64,000 bases of DNA from the human T2T-CHM13v2.0 reference genome, Homo sapiens. Below, in pieces: positions 1 to 14,325 of the stretch; the stretch's first letter is position 1; the number at the start of each line of letters is the position of its first letter. The DNA is taken from the NCBI RefSeq assembly GCF_009914755.1, contig NC_060940.1. One strand, written 5' to 3'. A model generated the notes under the pieces. That model was not told where the DNA came from, searched no databases, and saw only the letters and a program-made list of their open reading frames with translations. The position numbers and the translations under genes were made by a program.

Positions 1-250
1 GCCATTCTCTTCACACAACCGTGAGAGGTGGTGCCGCCATTCTCCTCACACAACCGTGAGAGGCGATGCTGCCATTATCCTCATCTTAGGAATGAAGCTG
101 GGGCTCTGAGAGCCTCACACAACCATGAGAGTTGGTGTTGCCATTCTCCTCATCTTAGAAATGAAACTGGGGCTCTGAGAGCTTAAGCAACTTGCTTAGA
201 GCTACACAGTTAATAATTCATGGTGATAGGATCCCCTGATCCCAAATCTC
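1..250 (-). repeat. MIR with internal tandem duplications (35-bp and ~69-bp units)
   Basis: GCCATTCTCYTCACACAACCGTGAGAGG recurs at 1 and 36, then about 69-bp units, merging into MIR-like gaaactggggctctgagagcttaagcaacttgc. Confidence 0.7.
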
Positions 251-628
251 ATGCTTTTTCTTTTGTTCAGTTGCATGAAGAATATGGGGCTGAGGTGGCA
301 TTTCCTGCTATATGTGTTCAGGAAAGAGACGGGACTATATAACCTCTTAAGAACCTCTTCAGAGCTTGGATTTTAGGACCTTTCCTTTTTAAGTAGATTT
401 AAAATTGGAGGTGCAGAGAAGATCATGACCTTCAGATTAATTTAAAAGTAAATTACATTTGTTTTTGGAATAGGTAATCTACGTACATGCTACATAATCA
501 AAAATAATAGCAAGGAAAAGTACATTTTCCTTCTACTCTTATTCTCCAATCATCAAAGTTCCCCTCCCTCAGGGAAATTACAGTTAATAAATAATCTATG
601 CTTATATATGTCCATATAGTGTGCCTGC

Positions 629-686
629 ATTAGGTTGGTGCAAAAGTAATTGGCAAAAACTGCAATTACTTTTGCACCAACCTAAT
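629..686. mobile_element. MADE1 (Hsmar1-derived MITE), internally deleted
   Basis: Perfect 24-bp inverted repeats ATTAGGTTGGTGCAAAAGTAATTG (629-652 and 663-686). Confidence 0.92.
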
Positions 687-1321
687 ACATAGTTTTTGCA
701 TAAACAGCAGCAATGTTTTATTTTTTGTGGGGTCAGATTTGTCTTGAAAATACATCTATATAATTTCTGATCAGTTTTTTTTTTTTTAAAAAAGTCTCCC
801 TGAATTAAGCATATTTAGAAAGTCATTAGGGACTCACTCTGAAATGATATTCCAATGGATAATATCTAGAAATCATTCTACACATTTATTTTCATTCATT
901 CTCACAGTCAACCCTGAAATTTGAACACCGATAATGCTATTTTGCAACCTAAGTTCTCAGAAAGCTTACATTCCTTGTCTGAGGTCCAGTGGCAGAGCTA
1001 GAATCCAGATCTCTCTCTCAGTCTCTCTCTGTCTCTCTTCCTTTCTTGGTAGCCATTTAAAATGTCATACAATAGTTCACATGTAAAAATTCTTATAATA
1101 AACACACCTGCAAAACCTGGTGTGCTCATCACTCAGATTTGATACATTTTAACATTTTGCCATATTTACTTCAGCTCTCTTTAAAGAAAGAAATGACACT
1201 ATAGATACAGTTGAAGTCTCCTCTGAAGAAGCTCTGTTCTCATTCTTTTCCATCTTCTTTCTCTAGAGGCAACCACCATGCTGCAGGCTGTGTGCAGTGT
1301 CCAGTGCCATGTCTGCATATT

Positions 1322-1498
1322 CTTTCTTTCTTTCTTTTTCAGAGACCCGGTCTTGCTATGTTGCCCAGGCTGGAGTGCAGTGGCTATTCACAGATGCAAT
1401 CATGGTGCTTTACATCTTTGAACTCCAGGGCTCAAGTGACCCTTGCACCTTAGCCTCCTAAGTAGCTGGGACTACAGGTGCACATCACTGTGCCCAGC
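1322..1498 (-). mobile_element. Fossil Alu monomer (FAM-like) within old L1M fragments
   Basis: Monomer with the 7SL-like tggctattcacag segment. Flanks (about 1050-1950) resemble an L1ME 3' region. Confidence 0.7.
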
Positions 1499-3195
1499 CT
1501 TTTGCTTTCTTTTATACTGAAACTGCCATTCTATATACTGCTTTTGTCATTCAAAATTGTATTTTTGAGGCCCAGTTTTGTTGCTACGTGAAGATCTAGT
1601 TCACTCAATTGAATGACTACATAGCATTTTGCTGTAGGAACTTACTGATTTATTTATTTATTTATAATTTATTATATTAAATATGTTCATTCATTTAAAT
1701 TGGTTCCAGGATTTTGCTGTTATAAACCAAAGTTAATATCTTGACATGACTCTCCATGAGAAGTACTTATATATGAAAATTTCTCTGGGGTAATGTATAC
1801 ATGGAAGTGTATTTATTATGTTTTAGAGTATGTGCATCCTCATCTTTAACAGACACTGCTGAATTGCTTTGTAAAATTTTACTAATTTAGATTCCCAATA
1901 GCAGAATATGAGAATTCCAGTTGCTCCATATCCTCTCAGTATTACCAGTTTTTTTTTAAAGTCTATACTGTTCTTGTTCTTGTCCAAATCACTTGAAATA
2001 ACATTTTGGAGTGGTGGAGAGTTAAGATACTGATTATATTAATTAGCCAGGATTCAATCCCAGGACCAACATCCATGCTCAAAACCAGTCTGCAATATTG
2101 GTACTTATTCCCAGTGGGCTGGGGGTACCATGAAGATATGCTATACTGCACACAATGTAGAGAAAAATGGTGAGTATGTCCTATTTAAGTCACTGCTTCA
2201 GAAAAGAGACCCACTAAAGGTCTTTATATTTGTAAACTTGGTATTTCAAAACTGCATTAATGCATTCATGCATTATGTACCTATTCTGAGCTGTGCCCTT
2301 GAAGGGGATGGTGAACAAAATAGACATGGTCTGTTTAGCCTGCATGGAGCTTAGATTCTGTTAGTCAAGAAAAACATCAGCTGAAGAGCCACGGAAGAAA
2401 ATGCATTAACTGCAAGCTGTAGTGAACGCTATGAAGGAATGTTTTGGAGTAGGAATCAGAAAAATCTTTACTGAGATTTGGAAGACCAGGAAGAGGTTAA
2501 AAGGCAGAAAAGTTGGAAGGAGAAAGTGTTTCAAGCAAAGGAAACAGCATGTGCAAATGTTCTGGGGGGGAGAAGTATGAAGAGTTGGGTTTATTAAGAC
2601 AAAGAATACTTATATTGAGTTCTGCTTGCTTTGTAAGCATCCTTGCATTTTATAGCTCTCTTTTATTAAACAGCCTTGCTGTGTTCTGTTGAAAAGCATT
2701 TCAAAATGTTTTATTCATCCAGAAATTTTTCCAAAAAGTATTTAGCATCTACTTTCTGTGGTCAAATACGTGTGCATAGGCCTAAGGTGGATATACATTG
2801 GGTACTCTTGTGGATACACATAAAGTCTGTACTCAGAGAGTAGAGAAACATCATATAAGTGGCTAAGTATTAAAGAGATAAATGAGAACACAGTATATAG
2901 GAGCTGCTGGTGAATAGATACAGAAAGAAGGACAAAACTTTGGTGAAGGGCCCTGATTAAAGGCTTGGTTTCCAATCCCTGCTCCTCTGACCTAATCATA
3001 TATAGTCAGAGCTTCATGGAACCCAAGCTGTAAAGAGGTTGAGGTCTAAAGGTCTATTGAATCAAGGGTATAGGAGCTCAGTTGCTAAGAGTGCAGGATC
3101 TGGGGCTGGGCTGCCTGGCTGTTATTACCACCTTGACTTCAGACAAGTTTATTCAGTATTTCTGTGCCTCAGTTCCCTTCTTTATAAAATGGGGT

Positions 3196-3555
3196 TAATA
3201 GTCTCTTCTTACACTGCCAATAAAGAAGTTTCCAAGATTGGGTAATTTACAAAGGAAAGGGGTTTAATTGACTCACAGTTCCACCTGGCTGGGGAGGCGT
3301 CACAATCATGGCAAAAGGCTAATGAGGAGCAAAGTCACGTCTTACATGGTGGCCAGCAAGAGCTTGTGCAGGGGAACTCCCCTTTATAAAACCATCAGAT
3401 CTCATGAGACTTATTCACTATCATGAGAACAGCATGGCAAAGACACGGCCCCATGATTCAACTACCTCCCACTGGGTCCCTCCTATGATACATGGGGATT
3501 ATGGGAGCTACATTTCAAGATGAGATTTGGGTGGGAACACAGTGAAACCATATCA
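3196..3555 (-). mobile_element. THE1 MaLR solo LTR nested in a MIR
   Basis: THE1 motifs gggtaatttacaaaggaaag...gactcacagttccac...aaaccatatca. MIR sequence continues on both sides. Confidence 0.85.
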
Positions 3556-3963
3556 TGTGGTTAATAAGACTATCTACCTCATAGGGTTGTTCTGAGGGTT
3601 AAGTGAGATAATTTTAATAAAGTGGTTTAAACAGTGTCTGGCACGTGAGAAGTGTGGAATGGATGGTAGCTATTGACTGAGAGTCCATTCATGCAGCAAA
3701 TATTAACTGGGCATTGACTATGCCAGGCATTGGATGAGGCTTTGGAGATACAGGTATTAACAAAGTGGACAGGTTCCCTTTTGCCATGGAGTTTATAGTA
3801 TAATGAGGGAGACAGACAATAAATAAACAGACACGCAAATGCACAACAGAATGTCAGATGTGATACTAGGAAGAATAACACCAAGGGATGAGACAAGTTT
3901 ATGGGGTGGTAACTTTTAGATTAAAAGCGATATTTCGGTCCAATCAAGGATGAAGAGAAGGGA

Positions 3964-4263
<300 letters not shown>

Positions 4264-4654
4264 GAGAGAGAATAAAGAAGGGATCTAGGGATCTGTCGCA
4301 AGTATTTGTGGGAAAAGGATTCTAGGCAGTGGGATTGGCAAGTGCAACAGCCTTGTGGTGGGAATCAGCTTCTTATGTTCATAGAACAGAGAGACATGAG
4401 AACGATTTCCCATTTTACACATGAGGAAACCAAGGCTTGGATTTTTAGATAATTTGCTCAAAGTCACAAACAGAACAAGTAAGGGAGCCAGAGAAAAATG
4501 AAAATGGTGACCCCAGCTCTGTCTGACTTTCTGTCTTAATAGATTCTGCTTTGTTTATTTTCGGTCATAGAAAAGGGTTCTCAGCATAAAGAATGCGTTT
4601 CCTGTTCCTTGGGTTGCCCCTGACTTAGAAAAGTGCCATATTTTCTTGCAACCT

Positions 4655-5167
<513 letters not shown>

Positions 5168-6600
5168 TCTATAGAGAGTGACTCTCCCACTTTTTCTTCC
5201 TCCCCAGCTGAACCCTGTTTGAAGTGCGGTGCTAAAAATTCTCCATATCGAAGCTCTTTAAAAGTATTCCAACCCCATCTAATTAATGCTTTAAGTCAGG
5301 CAAGTCATCAACTCCAAGTGAAATTGCTAGGTATTCATATTTGACATTTCCTTAAGTTTCTAGTGATTGCCTCTCTTGAGAAACTAACCCGCAGACACTG
5401 AGTTTCCCATTTCTTTTGTACAGGTAGATTTTCCCCCAGGCAACATCAGGAACATGTAGGAGATCCCTGGGGTGGGGTGGGAGAAAGAAGTGTGAGCTGA
5501 GGAGACCCAGAGGGGAATGGTGCGGTTCCTGTGTATTGATTTTCTGAAAAAGAAATGAAAAGGTAGAGCCTTCAACTCTTAAAAGCTTGACATTTGCTAT
5601 AACTCCCCATATTTAAAATTTCTTTCATTTCCACAGTGGCACATTTTCCCCAAAGGGAAAGAGTGATGTTGACAGGGTCTGTGTGTATTTATAAGGGGTG
5701 AGTAAATGAAGAAACCGAAGTTCTCACTGCCTGAAATTCCATTTCTGAGCTTTCCTGTCAAACTGATCCAAGGATTCCATTGTTGAGGAAACCCAACCAA
5801 TCCCATCCAAGCAAGCCCCGCCGAACTTCACCACCAAAATGTCAATGCTTCTGAAAAGCAAATCCTTTCTGTCAATGGTGTCGTCAGACAGGTTTAAGTT
5901 CCTGGATAATAAAAAGCCCATGTTTTGTGACTGCAAAGGTTCTTGGTTATATTCTTGAGGGAATTCATTTCCCGTATTTTGCAGCTTACTGTGCTCAAGC
6001 TTGGGAGGATTTTGGGAAGTGGCTGAGAGAACAACACAGGTTTTGTTGTCAGACCACACCACTGAATCGTCTGCTGGCCCAGAGAGAAAGGGTCAAGGTC
6101 TTCTAGAGGTATTTTCTGTGTCTGTGATGACTAAGGGGTCTCTGCAGGTTCCTTGGAAGAAGCAGCTGGACTGGGAGTTCTGAGTTTATATCTTTTAGTT
6201 CTGCTACATTGCCTTTTTCTTGTCTTTAAAAACTGTTTTTTCAATTACAAAAGTAATACACACTTGTCAAAAATTAAACATTATATCAGTGTCTAATAAT
6301 AATAGTAATAGAATTTGTCTACTTTTATTGTGTATCCACTGTGCTCAGGGCACTTCTAAGCATCTTACACACAATATCTCACTTAATCTTCACAACTACC
6401 CTGTGTAGTGGGTACCACGATTTAAAAGCCCTGAGGTTCAGAGAGGTTAAGTAACTTGTTTGAGATCACACAGCTAGGTAGTGAGCTAGGACAATAAACC
6501 AAACTGTTAAATGTATAAACTCAGGGGAGTTTATACATTTAATGACTACATTAGAAATTAGAAGGGGAAAGTCTGTCAAAACCCCGTCTTCCATGGATAA

Positions 6601-7123
6601 TGTGTCAGCTAGCCTTATAGGTGAACCCTTGTGTACTATGCCCCCTGGTACACATGCCTCTAGGTAGTCTCCATGCCTTGAGTTGGAGCTGGCCCTGTAA
6701 TTTACTTTTGACCAATACATTATGGCAGGACTGATACTGCATGACTTCTAAGGTTAGGTCATAAGTGGGTCTTTTGAACACATGCTCTTGGTATGCTCCT
6801 TCTTGGAACCCAGTTGCCTTTCTGTAAGAGGCACATGCCACTTAGGCCATGTGTAGGGCCTCTGGTTGAAAGCCTCAGTGAAGCTCATGGCCAATATCCA
6901 GCATCCACTGTCACCCGTGGGAATGAGCCATCGTGGATATCCAGCTCAATAAAGCTCCCAAGTGGGTGTAGTCCCACTGCTCACTGGCTGCAAATGCATG
7001 AGAGACCAGAAGCAAGAACCACCCAGCAGAGCCCAGTCAGCCCAGGAACCATGACAAATAATCGTAAATTGTTGCTCCTAGCCTCTAAGTTTTGGGGTTT
7101 GCTATGCTGCAATAGATAACCAG
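6601..7123 (+). mobile_element. MLT1-family MaLR LTR
   Basis: Typical MLT1 motifs and terminus taagttttggggtttgctatgctgcaatagataaccaga. Confidence 0.75.
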
Positions 7124-7818
7124 AGGTTTCTTGGCCACTTGGTGTTTATATCTCCAGGATGCTTATATGCCCACAATAATAGTACAACTAGTAATAATAA
7201 TTATCCCCACAAAACGAGATTATACAATAATATTGTTGTGCAACTTGATTTTTTTCACTTAGACATGAATAATAGATTTTTCCATATGTCAATGATATTC
7301 ATGAAATATTCACCTATTGCTGGACGTTACTTATTATGACTATTTTTGTTACTACAAGCTTCAAGTTCATAAAGCATTTTTGTGCATTTCTTTTGGATAA
7401 ATTCCCAAAAGTAGAAATCCTGGTTTAAAGGGTAACACACTTTTCTTCCGTCTTTCCCTTTCTTCCACTTCTCTCGTATTCTCACTCCCTCTCTCCCTCC
7501 CTCCTAAAGGCAGCTAAGAGAATTTGTAAGATGGAAAAGAGCTCACGTTGGAGGCTACAAAAGGATTTAGGTTAGATGTCAAGAAGAACTTTTTTAATTG
7601 CAATGGCAGTTATGTGAAGAAGAGCAGGCCACTCTTGAGCACAGTTGCTCAGTCCACAGGGGTCTTAAGAATAGGAAAGAGAATTGCTATTTGGGATCAT
7701 TAGATTCCTGGAGTCACCTTCTACAAATCCTAGTTCTCTGCATCCTAAATTTCTGAAAAAAGAAGCCACTTACCCCTTTCAGTCACAATCCCCTGTGACT
7801 TAAAAGCATCTCTCCCTT

Positions 7819-7905
7819 TGCTTGAACCAGGGAGGCAGAGGTTGCAGTGAGCTGAGCTGGTTCCACTGCACTCCAGCCTGGGCGACAGAGTGAGACTCTG
7901 ACCCA
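7819..7905 (+). mobile_element. 5'-truncated Alu (right-arm 3' part)
   Basis: Alu right-arm sequence. TSD AAAAGCATCTCTC at 7802-7814 and 8184-8196. Confidence 0.9.
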
Positions 7906-8183
7906 GAAAGGAAAGGAAAGGAAAGGAGAGGAGAGGAGAGGAGAGGAGAGGAGAGGAGAGGAGAGGAGAGGAGAGGAGAGGAGAGGAGAGGAGAGGAGAG
8001 GAGAGGAGAGGAGAGGAGAGGAGAGGAGAGGAGAGGAGAGGAGAGGAGAGGAGAGGAGAGGAGAGGAGAGGAGAGGAGAGGAGAGGAGAGGAGAGGAGAG
8101 GAGAGGAGAGGAGAGGAGAGGAGAGGAGAGGAGAGGAGAGGAGAGGAGAGGAGAGGAGAGGAGAGGAGAGGAGAGGAGAGGAG
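7906..8183 (+). repeat. (GAAAG)4(GAGAG)~51 pentanucleotide repeat, Alu tail-derived
   Basis: Directly visible uninterrupted purine repeat. Confidence 0.97.
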
Positions 8184-8929
8184 AAAAGCATCTCTCTCTG
8201 ACAAAGTTGCCATCTTTTGCATCAGAAAAGTCAGCGCTTGTGTTATGCAGACTCCTGGCATTGTGGACAATTGCAGCGGTGTTATTTTACCTGCTTCTGG
8301 GAGGTGCTCCAAGGATGGATTTTTAGGAAGATCAATTTCTAAGACTCCTACATAAGAAGTCAGCAATGCCGTTGTTTAGATCAGCTGAGGGGTAGAGACC
8401 GAATTGTATGATGGGGCACTGCCTCTGGTGGCTGCCACCTCCCTCACTGTTACCTGCCCCACTCTGGACCCTGGGATGGAGGAAGGGTAAATAAAAAGAT
8501 GATGCTGACAAGACTCAGTGGTCAGTCTTTTAGCTTCTGCAGAAGGTGCTGGGAGGTCTCCAGGAGGTTCGGTGTTGAGTGGTCTCCTAGGAGAGAAGCA
8601 GGAAAAAGTTCCCCAGGGCTGCTGTCCCACCATATGTTTCCAGTATCAGGCACTGACAGGTGGCCAGTGGCCATCCTTGTTTTCTGTTGTTCCTCTTGCC
8701 CCAAGGCAGAAACCTGGGAATGTGGAGCTTTCTTCCTGCAGTTGGTTAGTAGAGGCACGAAGCTGGTTGTAGACTAGCCAGGTGGAGGTTAGGCAGTGGT
8801 ACCCTCCTACCATGGGAAAGACAACCCCTTGGGAGGATGGCTTTCTGGTTCCCCAAAGGGCTATTTTTATTTTTTTGCTGGCTGACTCTTACCCAAAATA
8901 TTTGGGTACCTAAGAACCTATCCTAGTTG

Positions 8930-9180
8930 GGAGCATAGTGGCTAAGAGTACGCTGTCTGGAGGCAGCCAGTCCAGGTTCAAATCCCAAGACAGCCATTTA
9001 CCAACTGTGTGATGGTGAACAAGTGAGCTGATGTCTCTGAGCCTCAGTTCTTACATCTGTGAAATGGGCATCGTAATAAATAGTACCCACATAGGATATT
9101 ATGAGGATATATGAAATAATATAGGCACAATAGGCACAGTTCCTGGTACATAGTAAGCACTCAGAAAACATTAGCTATCG
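8930..9180 (+). mobile_element. MIR
   Basis: MIR core ctctgagcctcagttcttacatctgtgaaatggg. Many similar MIR fragments occur throughout the window. Confidence 0.8.
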
Positions 9181-11914
9181 TTACTTTTTAACATTTGGCT
9201 AGTTCAGTTCAGCAGACAATTACTGAGCATCTCCTAGAGGCGGGAATCTGCACTAGAAGCAAAGATGAGTAGGAGAGAGTCAAGCTCTCAAGGAATCCCA
9301 GCAAAGATTCTAGCTTCTCCCCATGGCACATTCCAGGCACTAACAACCCTGTTAACCTATCAGGAAATTCTTCATTGCCTCTACCCTAAGCCCTCTAGTT
9401 GCAGCTGCATTCCAAACCTTACCCTCAACTTTGTTTCTCTGCTTGGTGGAGAATAACATTGGTCATTATGTGTAGAATCAAACCCTTAAAAGCCATTATT
9501 GCATGATGATTCAGTTGTCTCTTGCATCCTCTGAAATAGCCTTTGTTCTCTTAAAATTTTAGTTCCCATTTTGATAGCTCTTTAATTTTCTTTGTAGCTT
9601 CACTATCATCTCCTCTTTATTATTTTTCTTGTGAAGACCTCTTTTTGGTGTTTTTCTTTTTCTTTTTTTAAACTACATTTTAGCACTTGAATGGATCCTT
9701 TTCAAAGCTAGAATCAGCATTTTCTGTTTCTTTGTATCTCCCTTTATAAGGGATCATGTTTCATCTTCAGTCTATTGGTAATGGCTGTCTGGGTGCCATG
9801 TTGAAAAGTATTCTAACACCATGCCTGGGCTTAGTGGTGCTTTGATGGATTGGTAATGTCTGCCAAGATGGAACACATGTTGTGAATTTGTCATTGGGGT
9901 CCTGGGCCCTGGATCCATGGTGCAGCCTCCCTGGCTTCTCCCAGAAATTAGCAAAGCAATGGTTTCCAGTGTAGACCAGAACAGTTGAGACCGAGCAAGT
10001 CTCCTCCTTGCTGATGAGTAGGCAGCAAGAGATAAGATGGCTGCTATTCCAGGACAGTCTGACTCAGGGCAATGGAGAAAGGTGAGTCAGCAGCCGGGCT
10101 GCAGGGCTGGAGTCAGCCTTGCCAACCAATTGACCTCCTCTTGACAGCAGAATTGGTTCTGGCTTTTTGACCACGGACAGCTTCATTGGGAACCATAATA
10201 ACTGCCAGACCTCAATCACGAAACCACATCCAAGCCAGCCGACAGACCCAATGGTTTCCAAACTGTATATCTCAGTACCAAAGTTCATTTTCTAATGACT
10301 GTCCTATGTTGAGCAGCACCTACTATGTGCTGGGTGGCTTTGCGTAGATGAGATGATTTTACATGATTCACTGATGAACATATTTATTTTTAAAATTATG
10401 CATTTAGTTTTAATGGTATTAGAGGAATGTTATTTCTCCATGTAGGGTAGTGATAAAGACATGCTTATATAATAAGGTCAGTTTATTTTAAAAGTGAGTT
10501 GATTAAAATGGCAGTGCAGGTAGAATATAGGCTTCTGATCTTCATTTCACAAATGAGGAAACTGGTATTCAGAGAGGGTAAGCCACCTGCTGAAGATGGC
10601 ACAGCTGGTAAGATGAAGTACCTTGAAAGGACTTGATGGCACTATCTTGGGTCAATTTCATACCAAGTGATGAATGCAGTGGTGTTTTCTCAGTTCTGGG
10701 AGTTTGTCACAAAGACAGATGGGGTCAGGGCTTTACAAGAACAAGTCCTGAACATGCAGGTGGCTCTCCAGCAAACAATGAGCAGAGGAGTTACTAGAGA
10801 GGAGAGGATACTTAAAACCGGAGACATGCAATTTGGAGCCTGACAGATCCAGATGAGCCTTCTAGATCTGCACTTTTCTAGCTGGTGCTTTTGGACAAGT
10901 TGTGTAAACATAATGAGATTTGGATTCCTTACCAATAAAATGGGAGTAAAAATGGTACCTGGTTCAAAGGGATGCTGTGAGGATTAGAGAGAATTGTGCA
11001 CACAGACCTCTTAGCATGGAGCCTGGCCTGAAGAAACCACTCAATAAGCAGTCATGTTATTAAGGACACATAACAATCAGTCCTGCTAAGGTGATAAATT
11101 GAACCAGGCAAAGGCTCAATGAGAGGGAAGAAGCACTGGCAATTCTAGGAACAGTCTTCTGGTATATTTCTTGATTTGTGAGAACTAGCTCAAGAAAAGA
11201 CCCTATTTCTCAGACTCAATCAATGAAAATGTCCTTAGACTTCTCAGGTTTGTCAGGAGATGCCACACTGTAGGTTGGGCTCTGATATAGACCCCTATCT
11301 GCTCCTGGACAAGCCATCTTCCTTCTTAAGACCTCAGTTTCCATATCTGTAAAATGAGTGAGTTCATAATAGGCAATAATAATGATAATGACAGCATCGT
11401 GGCTCACATCTAGGGAAGATGAGTAGGAGTTTAACAGGCAGATAAGACACAAGAGGGCTCTCCAGGGAGAGTGAATGGCAACGTGCAAAGGTAAAGAGGC
11501 GTGAAAGAAGAGATCCCTACTGTTCCCTCAGAGCAGCTAATAGCTATTGAGTGCTTATATCGTATTAGGCACTGAGCTCACATCTTCATATACACCAAGT
11601 ATACTGCCTGTCTATAATATGATATATTACCTAACATTATAATACCAGGCGATACCTAATAACTACAGTGAAATATTTAGTACTTAATCCTTACTAGTAA
11701 AGTAGGTGCTATTTTCATCCCCTTACAGATAAAAAAGATTCAGGCTTGAAAGGGTTAGGAAGTTGACTAAAGTTGTATGCAATGGTATCAAATGCCTCTT
11801 CCAGCTTTCCCACTCTCCAACACCTGAGCAAGGCTGGTACATTTAACAATAACAGTTCCCTTTATTGAGCACTGACTGTGTTTGGCTCACTTGCCAGAGG
11901 TTTCACTTGCACTA

Positions 11915-12218
11915 TTTTTTTTTTTTTTTTTTTTTTTTAGACTGAGTCTTGCTCTGTCGCTCAGGCTGGAGAGCAGTGGTGCAATCGCGGCTCGCTGCAA
12001 CCTCTGCCTCCCAGGGTCAAGCAATTCTCCTGCCTCAGCCTCCCGAGATGCTGGGATTACAGGCATCTGCCACCACGCTCAGCTAATTTTTATATTTTTA
12101 GTAGAGACAGGGTTTCACCATGTTGGCCAGGCTGCTCTCGAACTCCTGACCTCAGGTGATCCACCAGCCTCGGCCTCCCAAAGTGCTGGGATGACAGGTG
12201 TGAGAGATTGCGCCTGGC
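11915..12218 (-). mobile_element. AluS inserted in a MIR
   Basis: Full dimer with TSD cacttgcact. Confidence 0.93.
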
Positions 12219-13706
12219 CACTTGCACTGAATTTTATCCTCATACGACATCATGAGATAGCTACTATTAATATCCTTATTTTAAAGACAGGAACACTGAG
12301 GTTCAGTGAGGTTAAGGAATTTGCCCAGATCAGACAGAAAGTATGTGCAAGACCCAGGATTCAAAAACAATTTGTTAGACTCTAGAGTGCATTTGATGCA
12401 CTTACTTGTCCAGATACCTCCATAATCAGCTCAGGGAACTGACCATTAAATAGAAATGGGCCAGTTGTTTTCTTTTGTAACATATTATTATTAGTTTTAA
12501 ACAGTGTCCATCAGCTGGCACCTATGAGGCATGAGGGAAGTTGAGAGAAGGATCAATTTCAGAGCAGTCATATGGCCTTTGAGAATGCTCACCACTCCCA
12601 GCCCCTGGGAATCAGTGGGGATAAGGAGATCTGGGGAGCTAATCACCTCCTTGAAATCCAGGGCATACAACTGAGCTCCTGCCCATTGCCCCTTTTCAAT
12701 AGCGAATGATGCTCCCCACTGGCTGATTCTCCATTGTTTTTGCCCCACGTGCTCAGCTTCTGCCAGTCCTGCCCATCTACTGATTTCCGGCTAGCGACTG
12801 CCTTGGCCAGGGGATACTTATTTGTTTTTGCTGTTTTGTGGACACAGGGGTGAAGGTTATTGGGTGCGAGGGGACCAACAGGAAATCAGAGGCTTCTGTG
12901 CTCTTCATCTGGAGTTCGCTGGGGTGTCAGAGGCTAATTGAGGCTCTGCCTTGGTTGTCGCTGTTTGATTAAACATCTTGTGCCAAGCATCATCCATCTG
13001 CTTCTCCCAATGGCTGCCAGGGGTAGGTATTTTTAGCTGTGGGCAAATAGCTTATCAATTGTGCATACAAAATGCAGCCAACACAAAGCCATCATTTTCC
13101 ATTACCCTGCCTCATTCTCCTATGAAGACAAGGACAAAGGAAGAATTAAATAAGATGGGCATTCTCTTATTCATTCAACAAATGTTTACTGAGCTGCTCA
13201 CTGTGAATCAGGCACTGTTCCAGACACAGAGATGCAGTGATAGACAAACACACAAGTGCTTTGCATCCACAGGGAGCTTACAGTCCATTCTGACTCAGTA
13301 GAATTCTGCTCTGCCGCCAACTAGCTCTGTGGCTTGGGTAAGTTTCTCATCTCTCTGAGACTTCTTTTATTCCCATAGCATGTGCTGAGCGTGTATTATG
13401 TGCCATTTTCTGTGCTGGGGCTGCAGGTGAGGGATGGCAGATCTATTTCACCCTCTAGTCAGGGAGGCAGACAGGGAAAGAGGCTACATGACCAAGTGGT
13501 AAGTGTAAGCCAGGAGGCCGAGACATTTTCTTGGGCACTTGGAGAGGAAGCAGCAATGAGTTCTGGGTTCTGAGTTTGTGGCGAGGGAAGGCTTCAGAGA
13601 AACATGCAGGGGGAGATTGAGGAGAACGGCACTCGAGGATCTGGGAATGGTAGGGACTGTGAGTAACACAGTGAAGAAACAGAAGCATTAAAACAAAGAA
13701 AAAAAT

Positions 13707-13973
13707 GGCCAGGCTCAGTGGCTCACACCTACAATCCCAGCACTTTGGGAGGCTGAAGTGGGAGAATTTCTTGAGGCCAGGAGTTTGAGACCAGTCTGGG
13801 CAACATAGTGAGACCCCATATCTCTATAAAAAGTTAAAAAATCTGCTGAGTGTGGTGGTGCAAGCCTGTATTCTCAGCTACTTGGGAGGCTGAAGCAGGA
13901 GGATCACTTTAGCTCAGGAGTTAGAGGCCGCAGTGAGCTATGTTCATGCAAAACAAAAATAAAAACAAAACAA
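13707..13973 (+). mobile_element. AluJ
   Basis: AluJ-like diagnostic bases; shortened 3' end. Confidence 0.85.
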
Positions 13974-13980
13974 ACTTTAG

Positions 13981-14325
<345 letters not shown>

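Noticed and set aside
1-180. CRISPR-like repeat-spacer appearance
   Set aside because: Units are contiguous tandem copies without unique spacers, MIR-derived, with no cas genes, in a primate context.
7745-8366. 148-aa and 188-aa ORFs with (LLSSP)n
   Set aside because: Translation of the (CCTCT)n repeat plus antisense Alu; no evidence of a gene.
10164-10184. REST/RE1-like ACCACGGACAGC
   Set aside because: The left half (TTCAGC) does not match; at best a half-site.
11882-12385. 167-aa ORF and similar ORFs (e.g. 34414-34839, 44833-45159, 49852-50154)
   Set aside because: Typical antisense-Alu peptides (e.g. [15 protein letters not shown]).
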